Source of the DNA: Squalus acanthias
Lineage: Eukaryota
Assembly: GCA_030390025.1 (NCBI GenBank)
Contig: CM059430.1
Coordinates: 62,124,001-62,188,000 of the forward strand
Length of the DNA stretch: 64,000 nt
Direction of reading: 5' to 3'
Both the position numbers and the translations under genes were made by a program. The notes under the pieces were generated by a model. The model had not been told where the DNA came from. It was given only the letters and a program-made list of their open reading frames with translations, and searched no databases. Below, in pieces: positions 23,188 to 38,077 of this stretch; position 1 is the first letter of the stretch; the number at the start of each line of letters is the position of its first letter.

Positions 23188-23679
23188 AATTTACAGCTGA
23201 TCAGGAGAAAGGCCACTGAATTTAATGGGTTACGTTAATAAGCGTAACATTTTGGTTGTGGAAACCACAGTCACAATGTTACTACTCACGTGGCCTGTTC
23301 CTCACTTGTGTTGTCTAAGAAGTTCACAACAGAGAACTTCTCTTAATAAATGTGACCACTTTCATGAAATAAATATTTGAGAATTCAATCTCAAATTTAT
23401 TTCAGTCTTTTGGAAAAATCAACGCAATTCTCAAACCCTCAGGACTCAGGGGACATATCCTCTACCCGTCAGTTCCAAATGATCCACAAGCAGTATGTTG
23501 GGACATTCTGCAAACTGGGCATGATCCAAATACACAAACTGCATGCTGTGGAATTCTGTAAATTACAGAAACTGGGAATGCACAGATGCGGTTCATCTTC
23601 CCCTCCAACTGCTGTGTGATATGCACACATCCAGTTGAAGTCTAAGCTTTTGAGAAAGGTTGAGACCTTGAAACAACAG

Positions 23680-25020
23680 TGGTATGAAAAATAATGGAAT
23701 CACTACTAAAGGAGAAAATAGAAGAACATCTAGAAACCAAAAATATAGTAAGGAATAGTCAGCATGGATTTCAAAAGGGAAATTCTTGCTTGACCTACCT
23801 TATTGATATTTTTGAAGAGGTATCAGGGAGAGTAGACAATTGCATTGCAGTAGATGTAATTTATCTAGATTTTCAAAGGCCTTCGATAAGGTAACCCATA
23901 ATAGAATGATGAACAAGGTCAGAGAAAGCGGAGTCAGGGGATAAGTCATAGAATGGATAGTTAGCTGGCTTCAAGACAGAAAGCAGAGAGCAGGGCTAAA
24001 GGGTAGTCATTCAGAGTGGCAGAAGGTGGGTAGTGGTGTTGCACAAGGATCAGTGCTGGGAACACTGTTGTTCAAAATTTACATTAACAATTTATACTTT
24101 GGAATCAAATACACAATTTCTAAATTTCGGTTGACACTAAATTTGGCGGGGTGGGGGGGATAGTCAATACTGAGAAGGACTGCAACAACTTGCAGGAGGA
24201 CGTTAATAAACTTGCAGAATGGGCATATAATTGACAAATGAAGTTCAACACAGATAAATGTGAGGTATTACATTTTGGTAGGAAGAATAGGGAGGTCACT
24301 TATTACTTGGAGGGTGCGTGTCTTGGAGGGGTAGAGGAATAAAGGAATCTCGGAGAACAAATACACAAATCACTAAAAATTGCGGCACAGGTTAGCAAGG
24401 CCAGATAAAAAGCAAACCAGGCACGAGGGTTTATTTCTCGAGGGACATAATTGAAAAATAGGGAAGTTATGCTAAACCTGTATCGAACCTTGCTTAGACC
24501 ACATTTAGAGTACAGTTCTGGTCGCCATATTTTAAAAAGGATATAGAGGCACTGAAGAGGGTGCAGGGAAGATTTACAATGATGATACCAGAAATACGAG
24601 GGTATACATATCAGGAAAGGATGAACAGGTTGGGTCTCTTTTCTCTTGAAAAAAGAAGGCAGAGCGGTGACCTAATCGAGGTCTTTAAAATTATGAAAGG
24701 TGTTGATAAAGTGGATACAGAGAGAATGTTTCCACTTGTGGGGAAGAGCATAACTAGAGGCCATCAATATAAAATAGTCTCGAAGAAATCCAATAGGGAA
24801 TTCAAAAGAAACTTCTTTTCCACAGGGAGTGATTGAAGCGAATAGTATAGATGCAGTTAAGGGGACGCTAGAAAAGCATGTGAGGGAGAAGGGAATTGAG
24901 GGTTATGTTGATAGATTTAGATGAGGTAAGACGAGAGGAGGCTCGAATTGAGCATAAACGCCGGCATGGACTGGTTAGGCCGAAGGGCATGCTTCAGTGC
25001 CGCATATCATATGTAATCCG
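23680..25020 (+). mobile_element. CR1 LINE 3' fragment
   Basis: SQHGFQKG.SCLT, IYLDFQ, LGLFSLEKRR.GDLIEVFKIM. Confidence 0.9.
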
Positions 25021-25272
25021 ATCGGAAAATACGACCCATTGTTTTTTTTATGTGCGATGTTGAGCCTAACAGTGTCCTCTCTCAAGATCCACTTGTGTGC
25101 ACCTTCAAACAGGAATTACGGGCCATTGGTGAAGGTTTATCTTCCTCTTTAGCCCAGGGGCACTGAGGCTAGTTTTAACATTAACCCTCCCACCACCCCC
25201 AATTGAGGTCAGCTAACTTTGCACAAACTGTTCGTATTTACCTGGTTGGTCATTACGTCACAATTGCATTTT

Positions 25273-25885
25273 GGTCCTAATCTTGATGGAGCAGGCAATC
25301 TCGTGGCATGCGCCAGTTGTTAGATTTTTTTTCCCTGCACCATTCAGCTCACATTTTGTGCCCTATACGTTGCTGGAAGTGTGAGCTGATAATAGGGCTT
25401 TTGGGACCTTGGTGATTGACAGGCACAATAGTCTATCTCCTTAACCAATGAGATGTAAGGATTGAGATAGATATATAGAAATGACTGAGAAGGAGGGTGA
25501 ATTAGAGTGGGTGAATAAGAGTCAAATCATGTACAGAAAGGGAAATAAAGATTGGATTGTGAGAGAAAAGAGACAAAGGAAAATACTTTTAAAATCGCAT
25601 GCACGATTGAAACTCAGTAGCTTAAATTGTTCTTTGTGGGCTGGAGAGGTTGATTGGCATTGTGTTGTCATTCCGTTGTTAAAAGGGTACTTGAGCTTTT
25701 AAGTACGAGCCCTGACTTTCTGCGGTGAGATTAATGCGCAATTGCAGCACGTTGTTGAAAATAACGGGGAAGTTGAGCGTGAGCTGCTGTTTGTGCGAGG
25801 CAAAGGGCAGAGCGGTGTAAAGTGACCAAGATATGACGATTCACAACTCACGGCATGTCTCTTCTTTGCCTGAATTTTCTGGCCG
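25273..25885. mobile_element. MITE, related to the 28117-32548 element
   Basis: Shares internal sequence with 28117-28760 (e.g. GAATTAGA(G/A)TGGGTGA, GAGGTTGATTGGCA); ends in CTGAATTTTCTGGCC. Confidence 0.6.
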
Positions 25886-25896
25886 ATTTGCGCATT

Positions 25897-26210
25897 AAGA
25901 TTATGAAAGGGTTTAATATGGTAGACGTAGAGAAGTTGTATCCACTTGTGAAGGAGAAAAAAATAGGGCCGATTAATTATACGATATTCATTAATAAATC
26001 CAATAGGGAATTCAGGAGAAACCTTTATTTACCCAGAGTGGTTAGAATTTGGGGATCGCTACTACAAGGAATGTTTGAGGGGAATAGCATAGATTCATTT
26101 AAGGGGAAGCTAGATAAACACAGGAGGGAGAAAGGAATAGGGGGTTATGCTGATAAGATTGCATGAAGAGTGTTGGGAGGAGGCTTGTGTGGTGCATAAA
26201 CATCAGCACG
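25897..26210 (+). mobile_element. CR1 3' fragment
   Basis: KIMKGF...NREFRRN...RVVRIW...FKGKLDKH. Confidence 0.8.
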
Positions 26211-26515
26211 TAAGGATTACATCCATATTTTACATGGGACGAAGACTTCTAATTGCAGAAGTTCTGTTCAATATACATGGCACAGATGAGATGGAACGTG
26301 TCATTTTTTCACGGACTAACTTTCTGTGGTGATTATTAAAGTTGAGCCGAATGGCCAGTTTCTGTGCTGTACATTCTATGTCATAACAGCATTTTTGGTG
26401 AGCTTGCTGTTACTTTTCCAGCAAGATTTGGGCTGTTGTCTTTACTGGCTAAGTCACTGGGATAGCTATTTTAATGGATGCATTTACAGTATTTGTGACA
26501 CAGCAATAGTTCTGA

Positions 26516-26647
<132 letters not shown>

Positions 26648-28116
26648 TAACTTCTGAGCAGGTAACAAAGGAATATAATAATTCAGTAATACCTGCATAC
26701 TCATTGAGACTTCCAGGTGGTTTAAAGCTTACATGGTTGGGTACAAATTGTTGGGGAGCGGGATTAGCGCTGAGATTTTTTTATTGTGGAGTGGGAAGCT
26801 TTGAAACCACTTAGTATGAGAATGTGCTAACAGGCCTGTGGCTAATAAATGTGCCTTTAGAAATGGAAGAAGCAAGTCCTGTACTTGATCTAGACTGGCT
26901 TGTGTGGCTCCGAATGTGTGCTTTTTGTTTCACATGTTAAAAGTAAGACTTGGGTGGGGGGAGGGGGGGCTTACCTGGAAAATTGTTAGCAACATATTAC
27001 AGTTCCATCTCTTTGCCAACATCTTTTCATTGTTTACGGCTTAGCAGTTTTCTTGGGCAAACTGAAAACTGTCTTTGTTCTTTTCCCTACTTGGATTAAT
27101 CTAGATGAAGAGTAATAATTAACTCTGATTGAAGTAACTTGGCTACTGGAGAATATATAGGGTGCTCGATGTGTGTTAATACGCTGAGGACATAATATAT
27201 CCTGCTGCCTGATCACTTCTTTAAATTGCTGTTCTGGATTTATTTGTACATAAAGCTCAGTACATGGGCAACCTAAATAGCACAGTATTGATGACCAAGG
27301 GTGAATAACCCTTATTTTTAAACAAGCTGTCTGTACAGTTGCTTGTAAGGTAACCATTCCTTCAGATGATTCAGCAGAGTCTTTTCTTGGTACACAGTCT
27401 GTAGTCTTTCAGGATACAATGGCACGCTTGGAGTGAGTGTTTTGGCTACCAGCCTCTAAGCTAAAGAGACCAGAACCTAAGCTAGCAGTCAGCAATGGAA
27501 TATTTATCCTGTGAACTCGCTTTGATTTAAAGCTAATTATTTTTTAATTGGTCAAGCAAGTGAGCTATTAAGTCTTTGCATCCTGGTAACTAATCCCTTG
27601 ATGGCCTCGAACAGTTATACGTTTTTGCATTTTTCCCTCACCTGCTTGTTTTCTTATGGATCACAACAGGAATCAGTGCATTCATAACATTTTGAAATGC
27701 TTGCCCAGCCATGAAAGGACGTTTCCTTTATCTGATCACTTGTCTTGGTTCACGTGAAGCTGTCTGTCTTCCAATTGTATCTTAAGGAAGAGAGCTGCTT
27801 CCATTTCAACCCTATTATCCCTACCTAAATCTTTCCGCCTCGCTACTTCTCTTTCCACCTTTAAGACCCTCTTTAAAACCTACCTCTATGACCAAGCTTT
27901 TGGTCACCTGCCCTAATTTCTCCTTATGTGGCTCGGTGTCAAATATTTTGTCTTTTAATACTCCTGTGAAGCGCCTTGGGACGTTTTACTACGTTAAAGG
28001 CGCTATATTAATCCTTGTTGTTATTACTCGAACTTATGTAATACTGAAGACATAAATTCTGATTTGGGATGCTCCATTCCCTCTTAAATCACCCAGACAC
28101 GTCCTGTAGACACAAT

Positions 28117-31100
28117 GGGCAGGAATTTGCTGAAGCGGTAGATCTCGCTGCGTGCCCGGTTAGTTCGACTTTTTCCTGCACACTTCAGCTCAAATTTTTT
28201 GTCGTGCAATTTGCTGGAAGTGCAATATGGTAACTGTGTAGCGAGGGCAACAGGGCATCTGAGACCTTGGTGAACAACAGGACCAAGTGTATCTCATTAA
28301 CTATTGAGATTTAAGGATTGAGAAATAAACAAAGGACTGAAAAGGAGGATGAATTAGAATGGGTGATTCAATGTCAAATCGTACAGAAAGTGAATTGAGA
28401 GTGTAAGAAAGATTGGATTGAGAGAGACAGGAGACAAAAGGAAAAGTAGGGAAAAAATAACATCAAACTTGACAATTTTAAACCTTTAACAATTCACTAC
28501 CTGAAGGAATGCGACGGCGCACTTTTAATTCACTTTCTGGGCTAAAGAGGTTGATTGGCAGTCATTAACAATTCTTCAATCATTAATAGGGTACTTGCAC
28601 TATTAATTACTAGCTTTAACTTCCTGTGTTAAGTTTAATGAGCAATTAATGTGCAAATGCAGCAACTTCATGAAACACAAGGGGAAGGTTAAGGGCGAGA
28701 TGCTGTTTTTACCAAAGCTAGCGACAGACTGGCGCAAATCGTCCAGCAACTTGTGATGGGAAAGGGGATCCCAGGTGCAGTGCTGGAGGAGCCTCTGCCT
28801 TTGCCCTTGTCCAGCAGGTATGAGGTTCTTCCTGCCTGTGTGGATGAGGGTAATGTCTGCAGTGTGGATGAGCAAACTGACGACGGCACTGTGGTATGGG
28901 AGGCCATTCAAGTCGGGGGAGTGTGATGGAATGTTGTGTTGGTAAGTGACAGTATAGTCAAGGGGGTAGATAATGTTCTCTGCAGCTGTGACCGGGAATT
29001 CCGAAGGCTGTGTTGCCTTCCCGGTGACAGGGTTAAGGATTTCTCCTCGAGGCTGGAGAAGGATTTCGAGTGGGAGGAGAAGGATCCAGTTGTCGTGGTC
29101 CACGTAGGAACGACAGAGGGATCGAACTAGGAATGAGGTTCTGCTTAGAGTTTGAGGAGCTAGGGTCCAAATTAATAAGCAGAACCTCAATGGTAATAAT
29201 CTCTGGATTGTTACATGAGCCACGTGGAAATTGGCATAGGGGCAAGCAGATCAGTGAGTTAAATGCGTGGCTCAACGTGGTGTGGCAGGAAGGGATTTCA
29301 ATTCATGGGGCACTGGCACCAGAACTGGGGAAAGAATGAGTTGTTCTGTTGGCACGGTCTCCATTTAAACCGGGCCATGTCCTGAAAAATCAAATACCGA
29401 GGGGTGTAGATAGGGCTTAAAATTTAAAAAAAGGCGGGTTGGAGGTGGCAGGCAAGGGGAAATTTAGAAATCTAAAGACAAAAGTCCAGTCAATGGAGCA
29501 GTGTAATGATTTGGGTAAAGGTAAGCCGAGTGTGACAGGAAGGGGCAGGATTTAACAGTAAAAGTGCATCAGCGAGTAAGGTGAAAGCAGGAAATAATGG
29601 TAAAAAGTTAAAATTAAAGGCTCTATCTGAATGCACGAAGCATTCATAACAATATAGACTAATTAGGGGCACAAATAGAGATATATGTCTTTGATCAAAT
29701 AGCCATTACAGAGACGTGGTTGAAAGGTGACCAAGGTTCGAAGCTAAATATTCCAGGGTACTTGACGTTCAGAAAAGACAGGCAGAATGGAGAAGGAGGG
29801 GATAGCCCTGATAAAGATGACATAAGGAGAGTCAAGAGAAATGTTCTTGGCTCGGAAGATCAGGAAGTAGACTAAGTATGGGTGGAGATAAGAAATATAA
29901 AGGGGAAGAAAATACTGGAGAGAGTAGCTGTACTATTGGCCAGAGTTTTAATCAACAAATAACAGGAGCTTGTAACAAAGGTAACAGAATAATCATGCGG
30001 GGCTTGAATCTTTATGTAGACTCGGCAAATCAAATTGGCAAAGGTAGTCTGGAGGACAAGTTCATGGAATGCATTCAGGACAGTTACCTAGAGCAATGCT
30101 TTATGGAACTGACCAGGGAACAGGCTATTTTAGATCTTGTCTTCTGTAATGTGACAGGGTTAATTAGTAATCTCATAGTAAAGGATCATCTGGGGAAGAG
30201 TGATCATAATACGATAAAATTTCACATTGAGTTTGAGAGTGAAATACTTCAGTCGGAAACAAGATTCTTAAAGTTAAAGCATAGGTATGAGGTGCGAGTT
30301 AGCTGAAGGTATATTGGAAAATTAGATTAAAAGGTATGACAGTAGATAAGCAGCGTGAAACATTTAAAGAAATATTCTAAAATTCTCAACAAATATGCAT
30401 CCATTGAGAAACTAACACTCGACGGGAAAAGTGATCCATCCCAGGCTAACTAAAGAAGTGAAGAATAGTATTAAATTGAAAGAGGAGGCTTATAATGTTG
30501 TGAAGAATAGTAGTAAGCCTAAGGATTGGAAGAGCTTTAGAAACCAGCAAGGGATGACCAAACATTTATAAAAAGGGAGAACATACAATGGTAAAAAGGG
30601 AGAACATAGAATGAGAGTAAACTGGCAAGAAATATAAAAATAGATTGTGAGAGCTTCAAGTATGTAAAAAGGAAGCGAGTCGCAAAAGTAAGCATTGGTC
30701 CCTTAGAGGCTGAGACAGGTGAAATTATAATGGGGAACAAGGAAATGGCAGTGACTTTAAACAACGATTTTGTATCTGTCTTCATATTAGAAGACAAAAA
30801 AAGCATACCAAAAATAGTGGGGAACCAAGGGGCTAATGCGTGAGGAACTTAAAGTAATTAATATCAGTAGAGGAAAAAGTACTTGAGAAACTAATGGGAC
30901 TAAAAGCTGACAAATTCTGTCCTACATCCTAGGGTTCTAAAAGAGGTGCTGCAGAGATAGTGGATGCATCGGTTGTGATTTCCAAAATGTCCTAGATTAT
31001 AGAACGGTCCCAGCGGATTGCAAGTTAGCAAATGTAACCCCACTATTAAATAAAGGAGGGAGAGAAAACTGGGAGCTACAGGCCAGTTAGCCTGACATCA

Positions 31101-32548
31101 GTCGTCGGGAAAATGCTGGAGTCCATTATTAATGAAGTGGTAACGGGCCCCTTAAAACCATGTTGAATCTGCCGAATCATATTGTGATTTATTAAAAGGA
31201 AATAGTGTTTAACAAATGTGAGTTTTTTTGAGGATGGAACTAGTAAGGTAGATAAAGGGAACCAGTGGATGACGTATATTTGGCTTTCCAAAAAGCATTC
31301 GATAAGGTGCTACAGAAGGTTGCTACGCAAGATAAGGGCTCATTGGGTTGGGGGTAATATATTAGCGTGGCTAGAGGATTGTTTAACAGACCAAAATAGA
31401 GTAGGGATAAACTGGTCATTTTCAAGTTTGCAGGCTGTAACTGGTGGGGTGCCGCATGAATTAGTGCTTGGGCCTCAGCTATTTACAATCTATATTAATG
31501 ACTTAGATGAAGGGACTGAGTGCAATGAATCCAGGTTCGCTGACGGTACAAAGTTTGGTGGGAAAGAAAACTGTGAGGAGAACACAAAGAGTCTGCAAAG
31601 GGATATAGACAGTTTAAGTGAATGGGTGCTAAGGTGGCAGATGGAGTATAATGTGAGGTTATACACTTTGTTAGGAAGAATAAAAAAACATTTTTTTTTA
31701 ATGGTGAGAAACAATTAAATGTTGCAATTCAAGAAAGATTTAGGTGTCCTTGTGCCGGAAACACAAAGTTAGCATGCAGGTACAGCAAGCAATTAGTAAG
31801 GCAAATGGCATGGTGGCCTTTATTGCAAGGTGGTAGGAGTACAAGAGTAAGGAATGCTTACTACAATTGTAATGGGCTTTGAGACCACAACTGGAATACT
31901 GTGCACAGTTGGTCTCCTTATCTGAGAAAGGACATGCATGCCTTGGAGGTAGTGCAATGAAGATTCACTTGATTGATCCCTGGGATGAGAGGTTTTTTCC
32001 TATGAGGAGCGATTGAGTAGATTGGGCCTATACTCGCTGGAGTTTAGAAGAATGAGAGGTGATCTAATTGAAACATAAGATTCTGTGGGCGATTGATGGG
32101 GTAGATGCTGAGAGTTTGTTTCCCTGTCTTGAGAGTCTAGAACTAGGGGGCATTGTCTCAGGATAAGGGGTCAGCCATTTAGGATTAAATGAGGAGGAAT
32201 TCCTTCACAGGATTGTGAATCTTTGGAATTCTCTACTCCAAAGGAATGTGGATGCTGAGTTGTTGAGTATATTCAAGGCTGAGATAGATAGCTTTTTGGA
32301 CACTTGGGCAAACAAGGGATATGGGGATCGGGCGGGAAAGTGGAGTTGACGTCGAAGATCAGCCATGATCTTATTGCATGGTGGAGCAGGCTTGAGGGGC
32401 TGTATGGCCTACTCCTGCTTCTAATTCTTACGCTATTATGATTCACAATTCAAGCGATATCAGTTCCTCGCCACAAGTCGCTGGCCAATTTACATATTAA
32501 CTGCGTGTGTTGTTCACTCACTGTCATTTGTTCAGTAAATTCTGGTCC
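28117..32548. mobile_element. MITE split by a nested CR1
   Basis: Termini GGGCAGGAATTTGCTG (28117) and CAGTAAATTCTGGTCC (32548) form a TIR pair; the interior is interrupted by a CR1 at ~28760-32441. Confidence 0.6.
28760..32441 (+). mobile_element. CR1 LINE, near full length, decayed
   Basis: ORF1 DSIVKG...CCLPGDRVKD...VHVGT; endonuclease AILDLV...LGKSDHN; RT VPHELVLGP and FADGTK; 3' UTR. Confidence 0.9.
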
Positions 32549-35500
32549 AACAAAGAGTTGGAGTTTTTGCATGAGTTGTATCTGGGAGCGAGGAAGACCT
32601 CCAGCAAAGGGTCCCTGCCCCACCACCTTTTTGTTTCATGATTTGTTATGCTAAGAATTCGAACTTGTTTTCTGCCAGGAATTAGTGGACACTTTTAAAT
32701 CTTCCCTATGAGCAAAGTGTAACTGAAACACGGGGATTCTAATTCAGGTCAGCTTGGCTGCTTCAGTGTATACAGTGGGTTAGCCTTGAGCCTGGGACCT
32801 AATTCATACAATGCAGTCTTAAAAAGGATACCATACTTTATAATACCCTTAGGTCAAATTGCATTGTTCATGTTTAAAGGGGAAAACCATATTTATTTCA
32901 TATTGCAGCGATTGCTCTCATTTTTCAATGTAACTAAAATTCTCTAACTTTTTAATTGTAGGTTTAATTTTATTTATAACTGAAGTTGATGGACTTTTCA
33001 AAGACACAAGATCATGATGGCCGTGTAGGTTCAGTTTCCCTGTACATCTCCGAGCCAGTAGCGTGGCTTTCATCAGCCAGGGTCTGTAAGCAGTTCTTAA
33101 AACCAAACCGAGGGGCATATTGCAACACTTGCCCTGACTCGGCTGGTGCTCAAATGGGATTCTGTTCGACTCCACACAAATAATGCCGCCTACATCAATA
33201 ATCAAGCCAAGGAACTTAACTGGCGTTTTTTTAAAGAAATGTTTCTTTCTGCTCGTGTGTAATTGTTTGCATGTTCTACTTTATTAACTGGGCAAATGCC
33301 TTTATTTTTGAGGGTTTAAATGGCTGTAGTTTGTGTACTTTGATGTATTTCACCATGTTCATTTTGACTTCCACTTTATTTTGTAATTGGATGCAGCACT
33401 CAAAACCTAGCTGATGCATTGATAAAAAAAAATCACTGATCCGATTCTACTGCTTCAGTTTGTATGGTAGAAATGTGAAGTGTTTTTATCTCTCGTCTTT
33501 GGGCTAGTAATGTTCTAGTGCAATTCCAGCCTCGTGTACAGTTTTGGTCTGGTTTATGGTCAGATCTGGAACTCTGACCCTTGGCTTTATACTTTTTTTG
33601 GGATGTTAACGTCTGCCTGCTTTACACAAACACAAATGCTTTCTTTTAGCTGTATGCTTTGTACCATGTCATTTTAGGTTTGTAAATGATCTGACTGGTT
33701 TATGGGCCTGTCCAATTTGCTGTGTGTTTGCTGAGTGTAATTTAGATTTTCTGTATGTAAGTAATCTAATCTTCTGCAGCAAACTGAATTGTTCAGATTC
33801 GGTGGGTAGTACGATAAATGTCAGATTGCAAGCAGTCATAATGCTGTATGTGGATCTTTAGGAACTTGTGTCAAAATGTCTTCAAAAATAATGGGGGGGG
33901 GTGGTGGTGGGGTAGTGAATACTTGAAATCGCAAAGGAAACGATTCAGTTTGAGCTGGACTAAAATTATTAAAAGATTGGCCTGCGGGGATATAAATCTT
34001 TCACGAAGTGAGTGTATCTTGATCTTGACACCTGTGGGGCTGTGTTTGATGTGGGGCTATCGTTCATTTCACTTTCAGCCTTTAGCTCTAATTCTGAGGT
34101 TCTTCTGACTTTGGAAATGTCTGTTTTAATTGTTTAAACTGAATACTGCAAGTTGGAAGCATTAGATATTTATTTCATGCTTTCACATAATGCATTGAAA
34201 GTGAGTTGAGAGTTTCTTCTTGGCAAATCTTAGGTGAGATAGAATGTGAGAGGACCATCATCACCAGGACTGGCGCAATTCAAGAAGGCCCACCATCGCC
34301 TTCTCAGGGCACCAAATGTGACCTTCCCTGTGCCATTCACATCCAAAGAAGGAATTTAAGAAAAATGTCTTGCTGTACTGAGTACGTTGCAGAGATTGTT
34401 AGAATTCTGGCCTTTTTTGATGCTGTCTATCATTGTAGCGTTGCACTTCTGGCAGATGCTGGGCACAGTATAGAAGTGCTGTCATTAGGATTGCTGTAGG
34501 CATGCATAATTCATAGTGGATCTACCTGCACTGAAAATGCTGATGCAATTAAACAGTAATTCCAAAGCTAGTCGGTGCTTAGTGAAGCAGCAGGGTGGGA
34601 ATGCGTCTGTCACTGGTGGGAGTGATGCTGACAAGATGAACTTGTATTACATAAGTAGTACAAAGCACGTTGGATTAAATGCGGTGTCCCTGGCATTCCA
34701 TAAGGCTATCACTGGTCTCCCGCTGTAAATTTGACAACCCGAAGGAAATGACAAACTCCTGCTTGTGCTGTTTCTTTGCGGATGCCCTCTGGTCTGCTAA
34801 AGTTGCAGTGGAATTGATGGTAGTATCCCTGTGGAATTTCAGAGCCATTGTTTTTCCACCCTCCCCCCATCCTATTGTGCATTGGTACCAATATGCGCGA
34901 TCGCTTCGTGTCTGCACCACTCCATCACACAGACCTGTAGTGTAGTGGTACCGATACTCTACCTGCTGACAACAGTTTATGTAAATGTTGGCCAGACTTT
35001 ATATCCTATTTATAAAGTAGAGTTGACCAGCTCTCCATATTTGCTCTTGAACAGAAGTACACATATTTTTTGAAACGCCTTTTAAGAAACCTCTGTACTC
35101 TGCTCAAAGGGTATAAAGAACCTGTGCACATGTCTTTTGTCTTTCTGACCTATTTGTGTACCCGAAACTGATTTACAAATGCTGGGACCATGGTTGTAAC
35201 TTCGAGTTGCGTCCTGTTCTGCTATAGTGCCCCTTTACTAACTAAATTACAACGACCTAGCATTGGGCTTGACTAGTTGGCGCATCTTACAACACCACAT
35301 TGAAAACTACACAACCCCGGACCACAGCCAGAGTTCATGTTAGTTGCACTGTCTCTTTCACCCGGTTGGATCTAACTGAGTTGTGCTTTTCTTGGAGCGG
35401 GAAGAAATAAATTGCTTCTATATTTCAATAGTTGCTGTCTGTACTGTACTCTCCAACTAGGTTCGCTTCATGTGAAGGTCGGGGGCGGGGGTGGGGGAGA

Positions 35501-36863
35501 GCTCGGTAGGCACCATATTTAATTTTCCATTTGCATTTTGATGCTATTTTGTTTTTACTTTTGTTCAAAATTGTTTGGTTGAACCAGCCTCTGATATTTT
35601 AGTGATGTTGTCCCTTTGAGTAGAACTTAATTTGAGTACCTATGGGGGTTTTGGCTCGTCTGTCCCTGGATTGAAACTCGGCTACTTCAAAATAGGATCC
35701 TAGAATCATTTAGGAAACGTTTCGTTGCTATGGGAACATTGGCCTACCTCCTCCCTCTAGCCTGTGACCGAAAGATCACACGACATGTAGAATTCGCAGC
35801 AAATAATTGCTGTGGCCTAAAGCATTTTAAAAGACACATGTTATAATTTGTTAATGTAAATAAATATTAATTGTAACAAATGTTGAATCGATTTGCATTT
35901 TATTAGACTGCAAGGGACTCCTTATGAATCCCTGTGATCTCAACCATGCAAGCTAAATTTTAGGAGCCATCGCAAGCTGACATTGCAAAATTTCGATGAC
36001 AACCGGTTGATAATATCGCGCGCAGTACATTGTGCACACTTGAAATCCAGAACACATGGCACATGGGGCGAGGTAAATTTTCAGCATGCAGCTCGCGTAA
36101 AACTGACGTTGCGGACTCTGCCCTCGCCATGGAAAGCGCGCGATAGCGGGCTGGTTGTATAATGGGCCAGCGACGAATTCCGCCAGTTTACCGCCACAAC
36201 ACTGAAAGTGAAAATTACCACTTCACCTGCCTCCCCAACCCGCCCCACCCCCCGCCCCACTCCCCACACACACAAAAACACACAAAATGTGTGATGTTCC
36301 AGGTCGTTACTCCTTCGTCTGGCTGCTAAAAATGAAATCAGTGATAGACTGTTTATGGTGTATAATCGAATACACTGGGCCTGCAGTCATTAATAGCCTA
36401 CATCTTCGGACTATTCCGATTCTCAGCTTCTCGCTTTGTTTCTCACGTTTACTTCTACGTACACAGCCCGCTTGTGTTGGTGTTTCGATTTTGATGTTTT
36501 CTTGGAATCAGCAAGCTGCAGAGCGGCGTAAGTCAGCTTGTTGTCTCCGCCTCTTTGTTTAGTCTGTGAAAGTAACATTTAATATCAGCGTTAGTCCATT
36601 GCCCACTCATTGCTTGAAGCACTCGAACTTTAAAAAAGGCTTTGGGGAAATTTCCTCTCATCAATTACCAACTTCAGATTGGAACCGATTTATTCAGATT
36701 TTGTACTGATTTTGTTTTCTCGCCGGTTTCTCCTTGCTCTGCCAACAATGACTCCTGCTGGGCTCCAATTCCAAGAGGGTCTGCTGCCCCCACCACCCCC
36801 CACCCCCAGGGTCCATCCTTCGGCACGAAAAAAATCTTGTTAGTATTCCGGTTTAACGTTCAT

Positions 36864-38077
36864 ATAAGAACATAAGAACATAAGAAATAGGAGCAGTAGT
36901 AGGCCAATCGGCCCCACGAGCCTGCTCCGCCATTCAATAAGATCATGGCTGATCTGATCCTAACCGCCAATCTACTATCTATCACAGAACCATCTCCTGC
37001 ATCTAACAGAATTGCACACACGAAATAGGAGCAGAATCAGGCTACACGGTCCCTGGGCCCGCTCCACTACCCACAGGGCCATGACCGATCCGAACCTAGA
37101 CTCATGTCCAAATTCCTGCCCGCTCCCCGTAACCCTTAATGCCCTTTACTTCTAGGAAACTGTCTATTTCTGTTTTAAATTTATTTAATGATGTAGCTTC
37201 TACAGCTTTTTGTGGCAGCATATTCCATGGACCTACCACCCTCTGAGTGAAGTAGTTCCTCCTCATCTCAGTTTTGAAAGAGCAGCCCCTTCTTCTAAGA
37301 CTATGTCCCCTAGTTCTAGTCTCACCCGTCATCGGGAACATCCTCCCCGCATCCACCCGATCCAATCCCTTCACAATCTTATATGTTTCAATAAGATCGC
37401 CTCTCATTCTTCTGAACTCCAATGAGTAGAGTCCCAATCTACCCAACCTCTCCTCATATGACCACCCCCTCATCCCCGGGATTAACCGAGTGAACCTTTT
37501 TTGCACTGCCTCGAGAGCAAGGATGTCTTTCCTTAAGTAAGGACACCAAAACTGTATGCAGTATTCCAGGTGCGGTCTCACCAATACCTTGTACAACTGA
37601 AGCAATACCTCCCTATTTTTATATTCTATCCCCCTAGCAATGAAAGCCAATATTCCATTTGCCTTCTTAATCACTTGCTGCACCTGCATACTAACGTTTT
37701 GAGTTTCGTGCACCAGGACCCCCAGATCCCTTTGCACTTCAGTACTCTCCAGTATCTTGCCATTAAGATAATAAATTGCTCTAGGATTTATCCTGCCAAA
37801 GTGCATCACCTCACACTTTCCAGTGTTGTATTCCATCTGCCAAATCTCTGCCCACTTACTTAGCCTGTCTATGTCCCCTTGCAGGTTTTTTATGTCCTCC
37901 TCACTCACTACTTTCCCTCCCATCTTTGTATCATCTGCAAATTTAGATATGTTACACTTGGTCCCTTCCTCCAAATCGTTAATATAGATTGTAAAGAGTT
38001 GGGGACCCAGCACTGACCCCTGTGGAACACCACTAGTTACTGATTGCCAGTCTGAGAATGAACCATTTATCCCAACT
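36864..38077 (-). mobile_element. CR1 LINE, 5'-truncated, young (open 303-aa ORF)
   Basis: Uninterrupted ORF 37102-38013 with FADDTK and RPHLEYCIQFW; (ATAAGAAC)n tail. Confidence 0.95.
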
